A DNA stretch of 32,000 bases from Nitrosopumilus zosterae (GTDB lineage: Archaea > Thermoproteota > Nitrososphaeria > Nitrososphaerales > Nitrosopumilaceae), in contig NZ_AP026695.1 in NCBI RefSeq assembly GCF_025998175.1, positions 932,760-964,759 on the forward strand. The letters run 5' to 3'. The position numbers and the translations under genes were made by a program. Positions 27,577 through 32,000 of this stretch are shown one piece after another; position 1 is the stretch's first letter, and each line of letters begins with the position of its first letter. Below the pieces are notes generated by a model that saw only the letters and a list, made by a program, of their open reading frames with translations, searched no databases and was not told where the DNA came from.

Positions 27577-28123
27577 ACAAATGGAAAAATTTCAGGACGA
27601 AGTGATCATTCCAGAAGGCGTTAAAATCACATTAAACAAACACATGTTGTCGTTTGTAGGACCACTTGGCAAAACTTTCAAAAACTTTAGAACTATACCA
27701 GTAAATCTTGAGATTACTGAAAGTAAAGTTATCTTAAACACCATAGGCAGTAGAAATAAAGATTATGCAATTTTACATACAGCAAGATCTATCATTAGAA
27801 ATATTTGCGAAGGCTTGGTAGAAGGGTATACAATTAAAATGAAAATTGTTTATGCACACTTTCCAATCACATTAAAAGTAGAAGGGAAAAAAATCCTAAT
27901 TGAAAATTTCCAAGGAGAAAGAGCTCCAAGAATTACAAAAATTGTCGGAAACACCAAAGTGATTCCTAAAGGTGAAGATGTAATTCTAACAGGCGAAGTA
28001 TGGACAGATATCACTCAAACTGCAGCAAATATCGAACAAAAAACCAAAGTAAAAAATAAAGACCACAGGGTTTTCTTAGATGGGATATATGCTTTTGAGA
28101 AAAAGAAAGGCTTAGAAAAGTAA
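27566..28123 (+). CDS. rpl6: 50S ribosomal protein L6 (uL6)
   Basis: IPEGVKITL...LSFVGPLG pattern. Last r-protein gene in the cluster here. Confidence 0.95.
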   Translation: MSTKQMEKFQDEVIIPEGVKITLNKHMLSFVGPLGKTFKNFRTIPVNLEITESKVILNTIGSRNKDYAILHTARSIIRNICEGLVEGYTIKMKIVYAHFPITLKVEGKKILIENFQGERAPRITKIVGNTKVIPKGEDVILTGEVWTDITQTAANIEQKTKVKNKDHRVFLDGIYAFEKKKGLEK

Positions 28124-28140
28124 AACCACCAGTTTTTCTA

Positions 28141-28428
28141 ATGACCCTTGATCCTGAATTTTCAAAACAAACAACAGATTTGATTGAACAGACTCTAGAG
28201 TTATACAAATCTGCAGGAGCATCACCTAGAGTTGGAGAAACATGGGATTGTGCAAACATAGGAGATTTTTTGTGTGGTTTTTTTGTTGGAGAGATGGTGG
28301 GTTCAGCACTCAGTGCATTTCAAATTGTGCATCAAAGAGAACCAACAGCTGATGAACACCTAGAAATCATTGAATTAGTTGAAAGTCATGCAAAAGAGAT
28401 CAAAGAATTTTTTGCAAAATTCAATTAA
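28141..28428 (+). CDS. Hypothetical protein (95 aa), not a ribosomal protein
   Basis: ATG ORF 17 nt after L6. Occupies the slot where archaeal clusters normally continue with L32e/L19e/L18. No family recognised. Confidence 0.5.
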   Translation: MTLDPEFSKQTTDLIEQTLELYKSAGASPRVGETWDCANIGDFLCGFFVGEMVGSALSAFQIVHQREPTADEHLEIIELVESHAKEIKEFFAKFN

Positions 28429-28499
28429 GTCTTGTATTTAATTACTCTATATGGCCTAGTCGGAAAGATTAAATCACTTTTGCCAAGGTACAATCTTGT

Positions 28500-28573
28500 G
28501 CCTCCCTAGCTCAGCGTGGTAGAGCATCCGGCTGTTAACCGGATGGTCAACAGTTCAAGTCTGTTGGGAGGCG
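28500..28573 (+). tRNA. tRNA-Asn (anticodon GTT)
   Basis: Hand-folded cloverleaf of 74 nt. Acceptor GCCTCCC/GGGAGGC, D stem GCTC/GAGC, anticodon stem TCCGG/CCGGA with loop CT-GTT-AA, T stem AACAG/CTGTT with loop TTCAAGT, discriminator G. No encoded CCA. Confidence 0.95.
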
Positions 28574-28643
28574 CCTCATATTTTTAAACTTGAGATCTGA
28601 AATATTGTGTTTCATGTCTTTGATAACACCATAGAAAAACAAC

Positions 28644-28671
28644 ATATTTCTAAATTCGAATTTAGAAATAT
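28644..28671. promoter_or_regulatory. 28-bp perfect palindrome ATATTTCTAAATTCGAATTTAGAAATAT (motif copy 1)
   Basis: Exact self-reverse-complement. Lies 71 nt after the tRNA and 89 nt before the zinc-ribbon gene. Confidence 0.8.
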
Positions 28672-28759
28672 TGATCGGTTGATAGTAATTAGTTTAGACT
28701 ATTAGACAACATAGATCTAATAGATGATCGCATATCAAGAATAATGCAGGAGGTTTACA

Positions 28760-29008
28760 TTGGTCAGGATTAGAAGGGCCAACAGATATTGTGTAGATTG
28801 TGGGGCAAGGTTGGTGTATTATCCAAGATTATCAAATCCTAAAGCACCAAATGAACATAGAGTCTTAGTATATGCATGCCCTGATTGCACCGACGACTTT
28901 GAAAAGCCCAAAATGTTTTCCATAAGACGAAATCAGGTGGAAGATCCGCTAGAAACAGTAGAAATAGAGATTACACAGCTACAGAAAAAATCAATAGGTA
29001 CAAAATAA
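28760..29008 (+). CDS. Small zinc-ribbon protein (82 aa)
   Basis: CVDC...CPDC four-Cys motif. TTG start with GGAGG 6 nt upstream. Confidence 0.6.
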   Translation: MVRIRRANRYCVDCGARLVYYPRLSNPKAPNEHRVLVYACPDCTDDFEKPKMFSIRRNQVEDPLETVEIEITQLQKKSIGTK

Positions 29009-29018
29009 TTAGAAAAGT

Positions 29019-29246
29019 ATGACATATTCTGAAAAGCCAAGAAGCAATGCATGGTTTTTGTTGCCAGTGTTTTTAGGAATAATTGGAGGGATAATCGCTT
29101 ATTTTGTTTTACGTAATGATGATCCACGTAAAGCCAAGAATTGTTTGTATCTAGGTCTTGTTTTGATGGGGATAGGGATAATATTCAATATGTTGATAGC
29201 AGCATCAATTCCAGGCATAGAGTCAGGATTCAATGTTAATGTATAA
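29019..29246 (+). CDS. Small two-TM membrane protein (75 aa)
   Basis: Two hydrophobic helices (WFLLPVFLGIIGGIIAYFVL, LYLGLVLMGIGIIFNMLIAA) separated by RNDDPRKAKN. Starts 10 nt after the zinc-ribbon gene. Confidence 0.6.
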   Translation: MTYSEKPRSNAWFLLPVFLGIIGGIIAYFVLRNDDPRKAKNCLYLGLVLMGIGIIFNMLIAASIPGIESGFNVNV

Positions 29247-29282
29247 CCACAAAAAACATTGTTTTCCAGACAGTAATTTTGA

Positions 29283-29310
29283 ATGTTTCTAAACTCGAAA
29301 TTAGAAATAT
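29283..29310. promoter_or_regulatory. Palindromic motif copy 2 (ATGTTTCTAAACTCGAAATTAGAAATAT)
   Basis: 24 of 28 positions identical to copy 1. Lies 37 nt after the preceding stop and 65 nt before the ATG at 29375. Confidence 0.75.
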
Positions 29311-29374
29311 CATTAATTTACACTACAAACTATTGAATTTAGAATCATATAGAACTAGTTCAAGTTGTTTTAAC

Positions 29375-29824
29375 ATGAGTGCATCCAGGTTACGCGATAA
29401 TGTCGAAAGATGGTTGATACATGAAGGACTGTCTTTTGAAGAAATAAAGAGTGCAGAAAATTCTTTCCAAATTTTAGCAAAGCACGCAGGTCAAGCAGAC
29501 ATTCCTGTTGAAATATTTGAACCAAAAGGCCAGCCAGGAATTCTGGTAATTGGAGCCAAAGTTGTAATGAAAAACAACCAGATTGCACGTTATTTGGGAT
29601 TTAATGCACAAGAAAAAGAGAACTTTGAAAAAAAAGTGACAGATTTTTGCCATTCAATTCAGGCTATTAATAAAATCATTACAGAAGATGGCAAACAAAA
29701 AATCGGAGTTTATGTTGTTCTAGACGATAAAGAAAACATCAACCAACAGACAGTTTTTGATGCAATAGACAGTGTATCAGAAAAACATGAAAAGACGTCG
29801 AGATTTTTGTTGAAAACATTTTAA
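29375..29824 (+). CDS. Hypothetical cytoplasmic protein (149 aa); weak recollection of a YbjN/DUF2299-like archaeal family
   Basis: The track ORF starts at TTG 29279, but that extension covers the palindromic motif. The ATG at 29375 (MSASRLRDNVERW...) has an ATCATATAG TATA-like box about 27 nt upstream. Confidence 0.55.
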   Translation: MSASRLRDNVERWLIHEGLSFEEIKSAENSFQILAKHAGQADIPVEIFEPKGQPGILVIGAKVVMKNNQIARYLGFNAQEKENFEKKVTDFCHSIQAINKIITEDGKQKIGVYVVLDDKENINQQTVFDAIDSVSEKHEKTSRFLLKTF

Positions 29825-29885
29825 AAAAATAGATGATTTATCAGTTCTACGCGGGTCTTATATCTAAAATTCACCAATATACGAT

Positions 29886-30035
29886 ATGAAAACAACAATT
29901 TTTCCAGAAAAAAATACAAAAAGACAGAGTTCAAAAGGAAATTTTTTAGAAAACCAGATTTTGAAATTCAAGGCTTCAAAGAATAAAGTATTCATTTTGA
30001 CAGCAATTGCAACAATAATGGTGGTTGTAAAATGA
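29886..30035 (+). CDS. Micro-ORF A (49 aa), C-terminal hydrophobic helix
   Basis: MKTTIFPEKNTKRQSSKGNFLENQILKFKASKNKVFILTAIATIMVVVK. CTTATATC lies about 25 nt upstream of the ATG. The stop overlaps the next start (ATGA). Confidence 0.4.
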   Translation: MKTTIFPEKNTKRQSSKGNFLENQILKFKASKNKVFILTAIATIMVVVK

Positions 30036-30154
30036 GTATTTTCAACATATTATTCAAACACACCGCAAAGAATTATGAGATCAATGTCAGCATCAACGTC
30101 AATAGACTCAGACTAGAAAATGCAACATCAAGATTGGAGGTTATTCAAAATTGA
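30032..30154 (+). CDS. Micro-ORF B (40 aa)
   Basis: MSIFNILFKHTAKNYEINVSINVNRLRLENATSRLEVIQN. ATGA overlap upstream and TTGA overlap downstream. Confidence 0.35.
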   Translation: MSIFNILFKHTAKNYEINVSINVNRLRLENATSRLEVIQN

Positions 30155-30219
30155 GCATATTAAAAATCATAGGAGAAATTCTAGAAGCATATGAAAAAAC
30201 AGAAGGTCAGCCACCATGA
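30151..30219 (+). CDS. Micro-ORF C (22 aa, TTG start)
   Basis: (M)SILKIIGEILEAYEKTEGQPP. Bridges ORFs B and D through 4-nt overlaps. Confidence 0.25.
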   Translation: MSILKIIGEILEAYEKTEGQPP

Positions 30220-30308
30220 GTAATTTTTTCAAAGTAATCGGGATTGCATTAGCCATACATTTCATTGTGAAAACAGTTCAAAAAGAATTGAAACAATTTG
30301 AAGTGTAG
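30216..30308 (+). CDS. Micro-ORF D (30 aa), hydrophobic N-terminal half
   Basis: MSNFFKVIGIALAIHFIVKTVQKELKQFEV. ATGA overlap with ORF C. Followed by a GGGGG-ATAAA-CCCCC(C) hairpin. Confidence 0.35.
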   Translation: MSNFFKVIGIALAIHFIVKTVQKELKQFEV

Positions 30309-30581
30309 ATGGACGCATCTCTTTTGGGGGATAAACCCCCCTATCACACATAAAATGTGTGTACAAAATGCATACACACCATAAAATCAAATTTTGAACA
30401 AGAATGAGAAAAATAGAATTACAGTTGATGAATCAGCAATTAATAACGCATTTGTATCCACAGATAATCTTTGATGAGTTTAGAGAATTATCATAATTCT
30501 TTTTTTCAAATATTTGATTGAGCAACACAGATTTCTAAAAATAGTCTAAAATAACAGAATTTATCAAAATCAAGCCTAGGC

Positions 30582-30661
30582 GTTAAACCCCCCTTGAAAA
30601 ACGGTGCATTTAGTCACAAGATGATTTTTTCAAAATTACTAGTTTTAAGGGGGGGTTTAAC
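30582..30661. repeat. 19-bp inverted repeat GTTAAACCCCCCTTGAAAA / TTTTAAGGGGGGGTTTAAC separated by 42 bp
   Basis: Arms at 30582-30600 and 30643-30661. 18 of 19 positions are complementary, ignoring one extra G in the G7 tract. Flanked by GCCTAGG and GCCTGG. Confidence 0.85.
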
Positions 30662-30970
30662 ACTCGTGCCTGGATATGAGATGCAATCATCAAACCACCA
30701 AGCTCTCCCATCTAATCATACCCCAAGTTTTATTGTCGTGCGTAAAAGCTAAACCCTCTAAATTTTGATCAAAAAAGCATCCAAATCAGGCAATCATGAC
30801 CAAGAATTCAAGTAATTACACATTCAAAAACCATGAATATTCATTAAATCTCAAGACGATAAATGTGCGATTTTAACAAAAATTTGGCTGAAAAAGAGGG
30901 GGGATGCAGGATATGTTTTTGCCATTATTGATGCGTTTCAACTATATAACAAAATAATCAGAGTTATTTC

Positions 30971-31456
30971 ATGGCAGGAATGGGCGTAATTATTGTGATC
31001 GGCGCCATCATAGCTTCAATGGTTGTTGCAAATTACATGTATATACAATATACAACAAATTACATCGAGGCAGTTGCAGGAAAGCCAATCATGGTAGGTC
31101 CGGTGGAATACGCCATAACATTTGAAGGAACTCATGAAGGAAGTAAAGAAATGATGCCAGAAAATACATTTGTAAAAATTGGAATTACAGCCAAAAACAC
31201 CAGTGATGAAAAAACAATCCTTTCAGGAGGACAATTTTACATTGTTGATGAAAAAGATCAAAAACATGAGGCAGTATTCGGAGAGTTTTCTTCTAAAGAC
31301 CTATTCCTAGAATCATTAGAGCCAAACAAATCGATTGAGAGAACAACGCAGTTTGATATTCCATTTGATGAAGAAAAAAAATACAAAATAATTATTCGGC
31401 CACAAAAAGATCAATCAACAGTTGATACAGCTGTTGTTTGCATAAGAAATTGTTGA
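30971..31456 (+). CDS. Membrane-anchored extracytoplasmic protein, tentatively DUF4352-like beta-sandwich
   Basis: N-terminal TM helix. Pattern FVKIGITAKNTSDEKTILSGGQFYIVDEKDQKHE resembles recalled DUF4352 domains. ACTATATAAC box about 25 nt upstream of the ATG. Confidence 0.55.
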   Translation: MAGMGVIIVIGAIIASMVVANYMYIQYTTNYIEAVAGKPIMVGPVEYAITFEGTHEGSKEMMPENTFVKIGITAKNTSDEKTILSGGQFYIVDEKDQKHEAVFGEFSSKDLFLESLEPNKSIERTTQFDIPFDEEKKYKIIIRPQKDQSTVDTAVVCIRNC

Positions 31457-31548
31457 TCGTAAAACAAAAAATGTGTCAAATTTTTCTATAGTTTATGTTG
31501 TAATGTATGACTTTTACCATATAACACACATGATTTTCGCAAAAAGTT

Positions 31549-31932
31549 ATGGCAATATCCAAAGCCAAAAGAGCAGAAGCAGCTAAAAAAGCAGCAAGAA
31601 CTCGAAAGAGAAATGCAGCTAAAGCAGCCGCAGAAGCACTAAAAGCAGCCGCAGCTCGTAAGAGAAAGGCAGCAGCAACTCGAAGGAAGAACGCTGGCAA
31701 GGCAGCTCCAAAGAGAAAGGCAGCAGCAAAACGCAGAGCCGCTCCAAAGAGAAAGGCAGCGCCTAAGAGAAGAACTGCAGCTAAAAAAGCAGCTCCAAAG
31801 AGAAAGGCAGCAGCAAAACGCAGAGCCGCTCCAAAGAGACGTACTGCAGCTAAAAAAGCAGCTCCAAAGAGAAAGGCAGCAGCAAAACGCAGAGCCGCTC
31901 CAAAGAGAAAGGCAGCTAAACGTCGACGTTAA
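31549..31932 (+). CDS. Highly basic Ala/Lys/Arg/Pro-repeat protein (histone H1 / AlgP-tail-like)
   Basis: 127 aa made almost entirely of A, K, R and P, with repeats AAPKRKAAAKRRAAPKRRTAAKK. Much more GC-rich than its surroundings. Confidence 0.65.
   Translation: MAISKAKRAEAAKKAARTRKRNAAKAAAEALKAAAARKRKAAATRRKNAGKAAPKRKAAAKRRAAPKRKAAPKRRTAAKKAAPKRKAAAKRRAAPKRRTAAKKAAPKRKAAAKRRAAPKRKAAKRRR
31702..31920 (+). repeat. Imperfect tandem DNA repeats (units of 87 and 69 bp plus a partial third) inside the AKRP-rich CDS
   Basis: GCAGCTCCAAAGAGAAAGGCAGCAGCAAAACGCAGAGCCGCTCCAAAGAGA recurs at 31702, 31789 and 31858. The first unit carries an 18-bp insertion. Confidence 0.85.
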
Positions 31933-31977
31933 GCTGTCTATACTATCTTTTTTCTTATTTTACATATTGGATTTAGT

Positions 31978-32000
31978 ATATTTCTAAACTCGAATTTAGA
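31978..32000. promoter_or_regulatory. Palindromic motif copy 3 (ATATTTCTAAACTCGAATTTAGA...), truncated by the window end
   Basis: 22 of the 23 visible positions are identical to copy 1. Lies 46 nt after the AKRP gene stop. Confidence 0.7.

Noticed and set aside
29279-29374. TTG-initiated N-terminal extension of the 181-aa track ORF
   Set aside because: The extension would translate straight through palindromic motif copy 2. An internal ATG at 29375 with a properly spaced TATA-like box gives a more plausible 149-aa product.
30309-30970. GC-rich patches as RNase P RNA or SRP (7S) RNA
   Set aside because: I could not find the conserved RNase P CR-I motif (GAGGAAAGTCC) or SRP helix-8 type motifs on either strand. 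The length and box arrangement do not fit either RNA.
31476-31700. 74-aa Ala/Leu-rich minus-strand ORF
   Set aside because: Complement of the GCN/AAR-rich codons of the AKRP-repeat gene, so a compositional artefact. Which strand is truly coding should still be confirmed experimentally.
28644-32000. The 28-bp palindromic repeats as a CRISPR array or as integron attC sites
   Set aside because: Spacing is about 610 bp and 2670 bp, with full genes in between, and no cas genes are present, so this is not CRISPR. There are no GTTRRRY core sites, no attC-like bipartite structure and no intI-type integrase, so an integron is unsupported.
28500-32000. Calling the region a bona fide integrated virus or plasmid at tRNA-Asn
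   Set aside because: No integrase, capsid or replication gene and no direct repeat of the tRNA 3' end are visible in the window. It is kept only as a hypothesis in the findings.

Overview
AT-rich archaeal chromosome segment. The gene content fits a marine ammonia-oxidising thaumarchaeon (Nitrosopumilus-like): a CdvB/ESCRT-III homologue, proteasome alpha subunit, archaeal-type ribosomal proteins including S4e, and RNase P protein Rpp29 inside the r-protein operon. All family names come from motif recall; no searches were run. Layout by region: (1) nt 3-5620 holds accessory and surface genes. These are a 5'-truncated giant protein with two NodB-like domains plus about 80 pentapeptide repeats containing a perfect 225-bp tandem triplication, a 3D-domain protein, an orphan receiver/wHTH/zinc-ribbon regulator, and a secreted protein. 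(2) 5.6-15.4 kb is housekeeping: DsbA-like oxidoreductase, HMG-CoA synthase, a divergent biotin cluster bioD / bioA-bioB-bioF, and CcdA plus a DipZ-C-terminal-like thioredoxin protein. (3) 15.5-20.3 kb has a CdvB paralogue, small hypotheticals, DUF371, psmA and a DUF171 SPOUT protein. (4) 20.36-28.12 kb is a 16-gene ribosomal protein operon (L3 to L6). It includes an S14 gene missing from the ORF track, has no L2 gene between L23 and S19, and stops after L6. (5) 28.1-32.0 kb is the most unusual part. tRNA-Asn(GTT) is followed by three copies of a 28-bp palindromic motif, a small zinc-ribbon gene, a membrane protein, and a chain of four start/stop-overlapping micro-ORFs. Next come a 662-bp ORF-free region with clustered AAACCCCCC boxes and a 19-bp inverted repeat, a membrane-anchored protein (tentatively DUF4352-like), and a GC-rich Ala/Lys/Arg/Pro repeat histone-H1-like protein. 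Many genes need TTG or GTG starts. No CRISPR array, rRNA, transposase or integrase was seen.
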